Shown here piece after piece: positions 36,731 through 44,666 of a DNA stretch of 44,666 bases; position 1 is the first letter of the stretch; each line of letters begins with the position of its first letter. Location: contig CAWJBB010000060.1 in NCBI GenBank assembly GCA_963840855.1, forward strand, positions 1 to 44,666, given 5' to 3'. The DNA comes from an uncultured delta proteobacterium. Its GTDB lineage: Bacteria; Desulfobacterota; Binatia; UBA9968. The position numbers and the translations under genes were made by a program. The notes beneath the pieces are model-generated. The model was not told the DNA's origin and did not search any database. It saw only the letters and a list, made by a program, of their open reading frames with translations.

Positions 36731-36822
36731 GTTCAAAGTTCCGGGTTCAAGGTTCAAGGACTCGGAGTTTAAAACGCGGATTTAGAGTCGAAACCTTGAA
36801 CTTTGAACGTTGAACCTTGAAC
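36731..36822. repeat. Inverted heptamer repeat element (GTTCAAG)n ... (CTTGAAC)n
   Basis: GTTCAAA GTTCCGG GTTCAAG GTTCAAG ... CTTGAAC TTTGAAC GTTGAAC CTTGAAC. Confidence 0.85.
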
Positions 36823-36830
36823 GTGATGGA

Positions 36831-37160
36831 TCACGATTTACCTTTGTTGCCTGCGTCGTCAATTGTTCTCGTTGCAAAATAATCGGCATTGTTGGGTTCG
36901 TTTTTTAGCTCCGCCATGAACCAGTCATCGGCCATGTCGGCCGGCGGCGGGATCTCTTGTAGAGGAATGTCTTTTTTGAGGGATTCCAGAATCGCGCGGG
37001 CCGTATCGGCGAAGTCACGCATTGCCAAGAGCACGATCACCGCGCTCTTGCGGTCGACGGTGCGAATGATGCCGACTTCCTCGTAGGACTCGAAAACGAA
37101 CTTGACGTACGCGATATGCTCGGGCGGCGTGGCCAGATAGAAGAGCTGTAGATCGGTCAT
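36831..37160 (-). CDS. DUF4911-family protein
   Basis: IAYVKFVFESYE..GIIRTVD motif. Confidence 0.75.
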   Translation of the reverse strand: MTDLQLFYLATPPEHIAYVKFVFESYEEVGIIRTVDRKSAVIVLLAMRDFADTARAILESLKKDIPLQEIPPPADMADDWFMAELKNEPNNADYFATRTIDDAGNKGKS

Positions 37161-37169
37161 GGCGGGATG

Positions 37170-39834
37170 TCAGCGGTTTAGTAACCGGTCGAGGGAATCG
37201 CGCAGCCAATTTTTTCCGCTGCGTCCGTCCCGCCCCGTAACGTCGTCGCCGCGTTGCCAGGTGCCCCAGCGGAAGGCCTGGGCCAGAGCGCGATTTTCCG
37301 GGCGGATTTTAATATTGGGCAGCTTGCCGTCGAGCCGGAAGGAGACCGCGAGGCGGCCCTTGCGGTCGAGAAAGTAGCGGATCGCACCGTATTCGCGGCG
37401 CAGCTCCCGGGTGATGCTCGGCGAAAAGACGAGGAGCCCGTTCCATTGCGTCGCGCCGTCGATGCCGATCCAGCCGGCGCCGCTAATCTCATATTCGGGG
37501 GTGGATAACAAGAGGTCGTCAGTGCGGATGCGTTGCGCCTCGACGGTCAGCGTCGCTCTCAAATCTTGCACCGGCGTATCTTCCCGCTTGACGACGGCGG
37601 CGAGGTTTTCCGAAATGCGCTCAGCCGTTTTGCCGATCTGGCCCTGGCCGCCGCTACTGCGATAGAAAAGCCGCGCGATCAAGTTGAAGTCTTTAATCGT
37701 GCCGCTGCGTATCACCGCTGCTCCTGATCCTTTGAGTGTTGGCCGGAGTGTCTCGCCGGCCGGCGCGCGGCCGTCAAATTCGCCGCGAAAGTCGAGTTGT
37801 CCATTGAACCGGTCTTTTAAGTTCGGCGCCAATTGCTTCAATACTTCATTCAAGCTCAGGGCGTCGAGGCGCGGCGCAAGCCGAAAGCTGGGCGCTTTTC
37901 CGGCGCCGAAATTCCAAGCGCCGCCGCCGCGCAATTCCCCGCTAAAAGCGCCAACGCGAAGTTCTTTGAAGCTGACTTCCGCGGGCGACCACATTATGTC
38001 CGTTCGCAGATTTCGATACGGGATATTCCGGAACGTACCGTCCGAGGAGGAAAGAGTTCCCTGGAGACGCTGTAAGTTATCTTCGAAAATCATCTCTCCG
38101 CTGGCAACGACATTTTTGAGGCGCCCCGCGCCGGCCCCGGCGGGGAGAGGGATGTCCGTCAAATTCAGGTCAGGCGAGCGCAGCGTGTACCGTCCGCTGA
38201 GCCGATTCAGGTCGGCGATCTCGAGGGCAGCGGTCAGCGCCGACGAGCCGAGACGAAAGGAAAGATTTTGCGCGCGCGCGTGGTTCCCGTAAAACGATAC
38301 CAATCCATTGAGATGATCGACCTTTCTACCGCTCGCTTTGTGGCGCAAAGCGACCTGGACCAGATTCAAGGTGCCGCGAGCCGCCCAACCGTTGACTGGC
38401 GACGCCATATTCTTTTCGAGCAGTAAGTTGTAGTCAACGTTGCCGGCGAACCCGTCGAAGGTTGGCGATGCCAGGAGCGGCTCCAAAGATTTGAGCGAGC
38501 TTTGGCCGGCGCTAAGCTTTATCGATAGCCGTGGCGCTTGACCTTGCGTCAGCGCGCCGGAAATAAGCATTTTCGCGTCCCCCAGAATGATCTCGGAGGG
38601 ATGGAGCGCGAAGCCGCCCTCGTGTCGCGAAATCTGCGCGCGCAACTCCGCCGGTTTGCCGGCCGGTTTATGAAACCAACCGGGGAGACGAAACTCGCTC
38701 TTTTCTGCTTCGACCAGGGTGCCCACGCGCAGCTGGTTCCAGGTTCCTTCAAAGCGGCTATAAACGTTCACCGACCCGTCAGTCGCGAAATCTGCGGGCA
38801 GCGATTGCCGGAGCGGCGGCAGGCTGTGGAACTGTGACAAACTGATGGCAGTCAAGGTCAGTTTCCCAGCGATGGCTGCGTCCGCCCAGTCGCGATTTTG
38901 GGTGAATTCGGCCTTGCCTTCGAGAACGGCGTTGTAATCGGAAGAACCCAAAACGGGGACTTTCAGCGTGATGTCGGTAATACGAGGTTGTTGCAACGTG
39001 CCTGAAAGTTTTGCTTGGAGATACATGGGGCCGGTGATATCGAGCTCCCGAGGAATACGGTCGCGCAGAAAAGGGATGGCGCGGGCGAGCGTCGGTAGAT
39101 ACAAAGAGTCAAATTGCATTTCCAGATTGACCGGTTGCTGCGACCAGTTTCGCCCCAGCGCGGAACGGCCCATCTCGCCTTCAATGTGCAGGTCGCGGCC
39201 CAATCCCTCGGTAAGGGACGCTGCCAGTTTGATTTTTGCCCGCGCCGCAAGATCCAGTCCCCCGACGTCCAGATCGATTTTCTTGATTTGCAACGCCGCG
39301 GGCGCGCTGATTGAGCGGTCGATAAAATCAATGCGGCCGTCGACCACTTTGAGCCGCGTAATTAGAAAACTAACCGAAGAGCTTCTTCTTTCCGTTGAAC
39401 CCGTGCGCAGCCTGGGAAACGCTCGCCAGTTCTTTCTTACGACTCGCCAACGCGGTGACGTTCAAGAGCCCGTCTTCGTTGGTGATGATCTGAAATTCGG
39501 GTTGGGTAAAAGTGAGCGCATTGATCACGAGGCGGCCGAGGCACAGGTGCCATAAGCTCACGCCCAGTCGTAGTTCTCGTGTTTGAACGAAGGGAGTGGC
39601 GGCGAACGCCGCGTTGTCGGCGATGCGAAAATCCTTCGCCGTGAATCCGATACCGCCCCACAGACTCGCCTCCACCGCTTCGAAGCTGGCATCGTCGCCG
39701 AGCAGCTTTTGCAGCTCCTGCTGCACTTCCCCGCGTCGCTTGTGGGCCACAACGCTGAGGGAAAACAAAACCGCGGCGCCCGCGACGGCCAGCAACGCGA
39801 GCGCGACTACAACGCGCCTTCGAGAAATGTTCAT
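37170..39834 (-). pseudogene. AsmA-family protein split by one frameshift (pseudogene or sequencing error)
   Basis: ORF 39370..39834 (TM + AsmA N-terminus, ITNEDGLLN) continues in the other frame from about 39425 (AFPRLRTG...FLITRLKVVDGRIDFID) into ORF 37170..39347, which has an AsmA-like C-terminus. Confidence 0.75.
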
Positions 39835-39873
39835 AGCGCCTTATCGAGACCTAACTCGCCAGAGCCGAACCAA

Positions 39874-40054
39874 AGAGAAGAGATTTAACCACAAAGAATG
39901 ATGCACGCAGATGGTTCAAGTAGTTCAAGCCGTTCAAATCGTTCAAGCCGTCCGAGCAAAATGGGTTGGTTGAACGACTTGAACGTATTGAACGATTTTA
40001 ACGTTTGGAACATACCCGAGCGGAAGGCGTGCCTTCGTGGTGAATATTTTCTCT
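39874..40054. repeat. Nested inverted repeat element: outer ACCAC(G/A)AAG arms enclosing a 9-mer GTTCAAGCC / GACTTGAAC array
   Basis: Outer arms AGAGAAGAGATTTAACCACAAAG / CTTCGTGGTGAATATTTTCTCT. Inner array of about five 9-mers per arm at 39914-40011. Confidence 0.8.
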
Positions 40055-40119
40055 CTTCTGGCTCAATTTGGGCAGGAACCCATGAAGAGAGTATAGCACG
40101 CGCCGCGCCCGGATCGCCG

Positions 40120-41322
40120 CTAATTCATCCGTTCGACGACCGTGGCGATGCCTTGGCCGACACCGATGCACATGGTGGCGAGGCCGAAGCGGCTGCCGCG
40201 TTTTTTCATTTCGTGAATAAGCGTCGTCACGATCCGGGCGCCGCTGCAGCCGAGCGGGTGGCCGAGGGCGATGGCGCCGCCGTTGACGTTGAGCTTGTTG
40301 AGATCGATGCCTAACTCGCGCGCGCACGCGAGCACCTGGGAAGCAAAGGCTTCGTTGATTTCCACGAGGTCGATCTGCTCGATGGTGAGGCCGGCACGTT
40401 TGAGCGCTTTTTGCGCCGCCGGTATCGGGCCGATTCCCATGTAGTTTGGATGGACACCGGCGGCGGCCGACGCCACGATGCGCGCCAAGGGTTTGAGTCT
40501 CAATTGCTCCGCTTTTTGCGGCGTTGTGATCAGCAATGCTGCGGCGCCGTCGGAAAGCGGTGACGAATTTCCAGCGGTCACCGTGCCGCCTTTCTTGAAC
40601 GCGGGTTGCAACCCCGCGAGGATCTCCAATGTCGTATCCGTTCTCGGCCCCTCGTCCTTGTCAAGGACGAGGGGCGCGCCTTTTCGCTGCGCCATCTCAA
40701 AGGGTACGATTTCGTCCTTCAGGCGGCCTTCCTGCTGCGCCTTCACGGCATTTCGATGGCTGGCCAGCGCCAGCGCGTCTTGGTCCGCGCGGCTGACGTT
40801 GTATTTCTCGGCGACGTTTTCAGCGGTCTCGCCGTTGTTAATCAGCGAGTACAGCTCGCCCATGCGCTTGTTGGGAAAACGCCACCCCAGCGAACTGTCA
40901 TACAGCTGTACATCGCCGCGCTGAAAGGCGTTGGCCGGTTTGCCCATTACCCAGGGCCCACGGGTCATGCTTTCGACGCCGCCGGCAACATAAACCTCGC
41001 CGTTATCTGTGGCGATCGAGTGAGCCGCTTGATTGATCGCTTCCATGCCCGAGCCGCATAGACGATTCAACGTGGCGCCGGGAATCGTATAGGGCAGGCC
41101 GGCCAGCAACGAGGCGTTGCGCGCGACGTTACGCGAATCTTCGCCCGCCTGATTGGTGCAGCCGAAGTAGACATCTTCGATTTCTTCCTTGGCGATGCCG
41201 GTTTTTTCGACCATCTTGGCGATGATGTAAGCGGCTAGATCGTCGGTGCGGACGTCTTTCAGAATGCCGCCGTGGCGGCCCATGGGCGTGCGCACGGCTT
41301 CAACGATAACGGCTTCTTTCAT
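40120..41322 (-). CDS. paaJ: Thiolase, PaaJ/PcaF-like (3-oxoadipyl-CoA thiolase type)
   Basis: NQAGED.RNVAR, RLCGSG, GGVESM, LGWRFPN, NEAF, GHPLG.SG, MCIGVGQG. Confidence 0.85.
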   Translation of the reverse strand: MKEAVIVEAVRTPMGRHGGILKDVRTDDLAAYIIAKMVEKTGIAKEEIEDVYFGCTNQAGEDSRNVARNASLLAGLPYTIPGATLNRLCGSGMEAINQAAHSIATDNGEVYVAGGVESMTRGPWVMGKPANAFQRGDVQLYDSSLGWRFPNKRMGELYSLINNGETAENVAEKYNVSRADQDALALASHRNAVKAQQEGRLKDEIVPFEMAQRKGAPLVLDKDEGPRTDTTLEILAGLQPAFKKGGTVTAGNSSPLSDGAAALLITTPQKAEQLRLKPLARIVASAAAGVHPNYMGIGPIPAAQKALKRAGLTIEQIDLVEINEAFASQVLACARELGIDLNKLNVNGGAIALGHPLGCSGARIVTTLIHEMKKRGSRFGLATMCIGVGQGIATVVERMN

Positions 41323-42065
41323 TATTTCACCTGACCTTCCGTGTACGAGTAAAACCCTCGACCAGTAGTTTCACCGAGAAAACCAGCGGTCACGAGCTTC
41401 CTCAATGACGGCGCCGGACGGTAGCGGTCTTCGCCGGTTTCCCTCTGTAATCCTTCAAGGACGGCCAAGACTTCGTCCAGGCCGATTTGGTCCGCCCACT
41501 TGAGCGGGCCTTGTGGATAATTCACCCCGAGGCGCATGGCGACGTCGATCTCTTCGGCGCTGGCCACCCCTTCTTCCAACGCCCGCGCCGCTTCGTTGAC
41601 GATCAAGCTCAGGATGCGCGGAAACGTCAGGCCCGCCGCGTCTTTGACCCGCACCGTTTTCTTGCCCAGGGAATTAAAAAACTCTTCGGCTTTTTGCGCG
41701 GCGCTTTCCGCACTGCGCATGCCGGCGGCCAGCTCGATGACTTTGCGTTCCTTGAGCGGGTAAAACGTCGCGAAACCTATAACGCGCTCCGGCCATCTCA
41801 GCTGTGCCGCCAGATGAGTCACGGCGGAACCCAAGCATGAAGCCACGAGCACCGATGCCGGCGAAAGAAAATCATCCAGTTTTCTCAGGATGCCCTTCTT
41901 GTGCTCTGCATCCTGAGCGAAAGTTTCAATGACCAATGACGTGGTCGGCGCGAGATCGTTGGGCCGCGCCAATAATGAGACACCCAGCCCCTTCTCTTTG
42001 CAGAGAGCAGCAAACTCCATAGCAAGCCGGTTTTCACCGATGATGGCGACGCTATTTTCCACCAT
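41322..42065 (-). CDS. 3-hydroxyacyl-CoA dehydrogenase-like protein, degenerate (equivalent to the C-terminal half of PaaH)
   Basis: V.D..G...PRI...[20 protein letters not shown]...GRGFY. Lacks GxGxxG and the catalytic His. Confidence 0.85.
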   Translation of the reverse strand: MVENSVAIIGENRLAMEFAALCKEKGLGVSLLARPNDLAPTTSLVIETFAQDAEHKKGILRKLDDFLSPASVLVASCLGSAVTHLAAQLRWPERVIGFATFYPLKERKVIELAAGMRSAESAAQKAEEFFNSLGKKTVRVKDAAGLTFPRILSLIVNEAARALEEGVASAEEIDVAMRLGVNYPQGPLKWADQIGLDEVLAVLEGLQRETGEDRYRPAPSLRKLVTAGFLGETTGRGFYSYTEGQVK

Positions 42066-42918
42066 AAACGTAAAAGCCCCGGCCGGTTTTGCGCCCGAGA
42101 TTGCCGCCTAGGACCATCTTTTGCTGGATCGGGCTGGGGCGAAAGCGCGGGTCTTCGAAGAACGAGCGGTAAAGCGATTCAGTGGCGGCGAAGTTGACGT
42201 CGTTGCCGATCAAGTCCATTAACTCGAAGGGGCCCATGCGAAAATTTCCCGCCTCTTTCATGACGCGGTCGATGGTTCCGACATCCGCTCCGCCGTCGCC
42301 AAGGATGCGCAACCCTTCATTATAAAAAGGTCGGGCGATGCGATTAACGATAAAGCCGGGCGTATCCTTAACACGGGCCGGGGTTTTGCCCATGCGGCGC
42401 ATCAGCTCGGTTGCCTTCGCGATCGTTTCGGGCGCGGTTCGGTCGCCCTCGATAACTTCCACCAAGGGCATCAGCGGCGGCGGATTAAAGTAATGCAGGC
42501 CGAGAACGCGTTCGGGATGTTGCGTGCTCGCGGCGATGGCGGTCACGGAGAACGAGGAGGTGTTGGTCGCCAAGAGCGTCTCGAAACCACAGATCGCATC
42601 GAGCTGCTTGAAGATATCGCGCTTGAGTTCCAGTTTTTCCGGCGCCGCTTCGACAACCAGGCTGGAACCGTTAAAGTCTGCTAGCTTGGTGGTGCCGCGC
42701 AAGCGGTTTAAGACAGCGTGCTCTTCTTCCGCGGAGATTTTGCCGCGTTCGCGGCTGCCGCGCAAAAAATTTGCGACCCGGCCAAGGCCTGCCTCGATAA
42801 ACTCCTGATTGATGTCATAGATCAGCGTTTCGAAGCCGGTCTGCGCGGCCACCTGCGCGATGCCGGCGCCCATGGTCCCGGCGCCGATGACGCCGATTTT
42901 TTCTGTTTCGTTGGCCAT
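42052..42918 (-). CDS. paaH: 3-hydroxyacyl-CoA dehydrogenase (N-terminal half of PaaH)
   Basis: [16 protein letters not shown]...[42 protein letters not shown]. Start ATG 42918. Confidence 0.85.
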   Translation of the reverse strand: MANETEKIGVIGAGTMGAGIAQVAAQTGFETLIYDINQEFIEAGLGRVANFLRGSRERGKISAEEEHAVLNRLRGTTKLADFNGSSLVVEAAPEKLELKRDIFKQLDAICGFETLLATNTSSFSVTAIAASTQHPERVLGLHYFNPPPLMPLVEVIEGDRTAPETIAKATELMRRMGKTPARVKDTPGFIVNRIARPFYNEGLRILGDGGADVGTIDRVMKEAGNFRMGPFELMDLIGNDVNFAATESLYRSFFEDPRFRPSPIQQKMVLGGNLGRKTGRGFYVYGGK

Positions 42919-42931
42919 AATACTAAATCGC

Positions 42932-42997
42932 AGTCTCGAGTCCAGAGTTTCAGTGTCTAGAGTTGAAACCCAAAACGCTGGACTCTGAACGCTAGAA
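42932..42997. repeat. Degenerate inverted heptamer repeat element
   Basis: GTCTCGA GTCCAGA GTTTCAG TGTCTAGA GTT ... AAC CCAAAAC GCTGGAC TCTGAAC GCTAGAA. Confidence 0.6.
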
Positions 42998-42998
42998 A

Positions 42999-43778
42999 TC
43001 ATTTACCGGTAAACACCGGCGTCCGCTTCTCTAAAAACGCGCGCACGCCTTCGTCGTAGTCCGAACTTCTACCGGCGATCTCTTGCAAATAGGCTTCGTA
43101 TTCGAGATCCGATTCCAGATCGGGCAGATTCGCGTGGTTGACGGCGCGCTTGATTAGACCGATACCGCGTGGCGCTTTGGCCACTCGCTCGCCGATCTCT
43201 TTGGCCGATCTGACAAAATCAGCTCCGGGAAAAACCCGCGCGACAAGCCCGATGCGCAGCGCTTCATGCGCATCTAGAGAATCTCCGAGCAGCAGCAACT
43301 CCATCGCCTTGCTCAAACCTACCAGCCGCGGAAGTATGAAACTACCGCCGGAGTCCGGCGCCAGACCGACGCGCACGAACGATTGGATGAATTTCGCTTC
43401 TTCCGAAGCAACGCGCAGATCGCACGCCAGCGCAAAGTTACAACCGGCGCCGGCGGCCACGCCATTCACCGCCGCGATGACGATTTTTTCCATCTGGCGA
43501 ATCTGGCGGATCATCGGATTATACTTTTCACGGAGCGACGCGCCGAGGGAGCCTTTCTGCTCCGGCGTACGGCCTTTAAGATCCTGTCCGGCGCAGAAAG
43601 CGCGCCCCGCGCCGGTGATCATCAGGCAGCGGACCTCCTGGTCGCGCTCGCCGTCTTTCAAGGCATGGAGCACTTCCTGGTTCATCTGCGGCACGAAGGC
43701 GTTGAGCGACTGCGGCCGGTTGAGGGTGAGGGTCGCGAGGCCGCCTGCTTTCTCGTAGATGATGGTTTCGTAGCTCAC
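42999..43778 (-). CDS. paaG: Crotonase-family isomerase, PaaG-like
   Basis: [24 protein letters not shown] (catalytic Asp). Lacks the two hydratase Glu residues. Confidence 0.8.
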   Translation of the reverse strand: MSYETIIYEKAGGLATLTLNRPQSLNAFVPQMNQEVLHALKDGERDQEVRCLMITGAGRAFCAGQDLKGRTPEQKGSLGASLREKYNPMIRQIRQMEKIVIAAVNGVAAGAGCNFALACDLRVASEEAKFIQSFVRVGLAPDSGGSFILPRLVGLSKAMELLLLGDSLDAHEALRIGLVARVFPGADFVRSAKEIGERVAKAPRGIGLIKRAVNHANLPDLESDLEYEAYLQEIAGRSSDYDEGVRAFLEKRTPVFTGK

Positions 43779-43790
43779 GGCGCCGCTTCC

Positions 43791-44585
43791 TTACCGCCCT
43801 TTGAGTGCCGGTTCGCGTTTTTCCAAGAAGGCCCTCATGGCCTCCTTGCGGTCTTCCGATGACAACAATAGATAGAAAGACTTGCGCTCGAAGTCGAGGC
43901 CCTCGTCGAGTGGCGCATTGGCCGCCTTGAGCACGGCTTGCTTCGCCGCCCGGATCGCCAGCACGGGTTTGGCGGCAATTTTTCTGGCGACGTTTTTGGC
44001 TTCCTCGAGTAGCAGTTCTACCGGCACGACGCGGTTGACCAGGCCAAGGCGTTCGGCGTCTACGGCGCTCAAGAAATCTCCGGTCAAGATCAACTCCATC
44101 GCGCGGTGCTTGCCGAGCAGATGGGTCAATCGTTGGGTGCCGCCGCTGCCTGGAATAATGCCCAGATTCACTTCCGGTTGGCCGAAGCGTGCGCTCTCGG
44201 AGGCGATGATGATGTCGCAGCTCATGGCTAGCTCGCAGCCGCCGCCGAGGGCGAAGCCGCTGACGGCGGCGATGACCGGCTTGGAGATTTCGTTTATCCG
44301 GTCGCGGTAGGCCAGCCGTTGGAGAACGGGAGGGTCGAAGGGGCCCAGGGTGGCCATTTCTTTGATATCCGCACCGGCGGCGAAAACCTTCTCACCCCCG
44401 GTGACGATCATGACGCGAACTTCGTCATCCTCATCGAGTGCCTGCATCGTCAACGACAGGTCCTTCACGAGACCGTAAGAAAGCGCATTCAGCGCTTGCG
44501 GTCGGTTCAACCTGACGACGGCGATGGCGCCGTCTTTTTCAACGATGACATTCTCGTATTCCATGGCGTTCGCGTTTTTAGACAT
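43791..44585 (-). CDS. paaF: Enoyl-CoA hydratase, PaaF-like
   Basis: FAAGADIKEM, ALGGGCEL, FGQPEVNLG..PG.GGTQRL. Alternative start ATG 44564. Confidence 0.82.
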   Translation of the reverse strand: MSKNANAMEYENVIVEKDGAIAVVRLNRPQALNALSYGLVKDLSLTMQALDEDDEVRVMIVTGGEKVFAAGADIKEMATLGPFDPPVLQRLAYRDRINEISKPVIAAVSGFALGGGCELAMSCDIIIASESARFGQPEVNLGIIPGSGGTQRLTHLLGKHRAMELILTGDFLSAVDAERLGLVNRVVPVELLLEEAKNVARKIAAKPVLAIRAAKQAVLKAANAPLDEGLDFERKSFYLLLSSEDRKEAMRAFLEKREPALKGR

Positions 44586-44666
44586 ACACTATGGTAGTGG
44601 GGGTTTCAAGAAAAGGGTTCGCACGGGTGGAAATGTCTAAAAGAGCTTAGAAAAGGATTCGCAAGC

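Noticed and set aside
36731-36822. Short repeat arrays considered as possible CRISPR
   Set aside because: Units are 7-9 nt with no unique spacers, the arms are inverted, and there are no cas genes.
39898-40314. ORF with SSSSSRSNRSSRP / LNDLNVLND periodic sequence (likewise 11033..11320)
   Set aside because: Translation artefact of the intergenic tandem repeats.

Overview
Gene-dense, GC-rich bacterial window. Gene style and intergenic repeats suggest a deltaproteobacterium such as Ca. Binatia, but this is inference only. Contents in order: (1) 1-9.3 kb, a cell-surface glycan region with tandem SGNH paralogs, GT2, a broken lipoprotein/SPOR chimera, PAP2, GT4, a WcaJ-type initiating transferase, a WaaL-like ligase and a cupin. 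(2) 9.3-22.3 kb, a type II secretion cluster gspEFGHIJKLM-gspCD whose secretin carries a C-terminal SPOR domain. (3) 22.5-32.7 kb, a co-oriented 'cofactor' cluster: internally deleted yqeB, coxD/coxE-like, split xdhC, then an archaeal-type CTP-dependent riboflavin kinase, ubiX, type-2 IPP isomerase and two FMN split-barrel proteins (one resembling PhdC/YclD prFMN maturases), coupled to a MacAB-like ABC exporter. (4) An amidase pseudogene bounded by 13-bp direct repeats, GNAT, rnr, DUF4911 and a frameshifted AsmA gene. (5) A paaF-paaG-split paaH-thiolase beta-oxidation operon. The best candidate for an undescribed system is the ribK-ubiX-fni-barrel-maturase cassette, which looks like a self-contained prenylated-FMN supply line with no UbiD client in the window. 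Many intergenic gaps hold inverted arrays of 7-9-mer tandem repeats, and there is one TA-flanked MITE-like element. No rRNA, tRNA or CRISPR was seen. All family calls come from motif recognition by eye; no database search was run.
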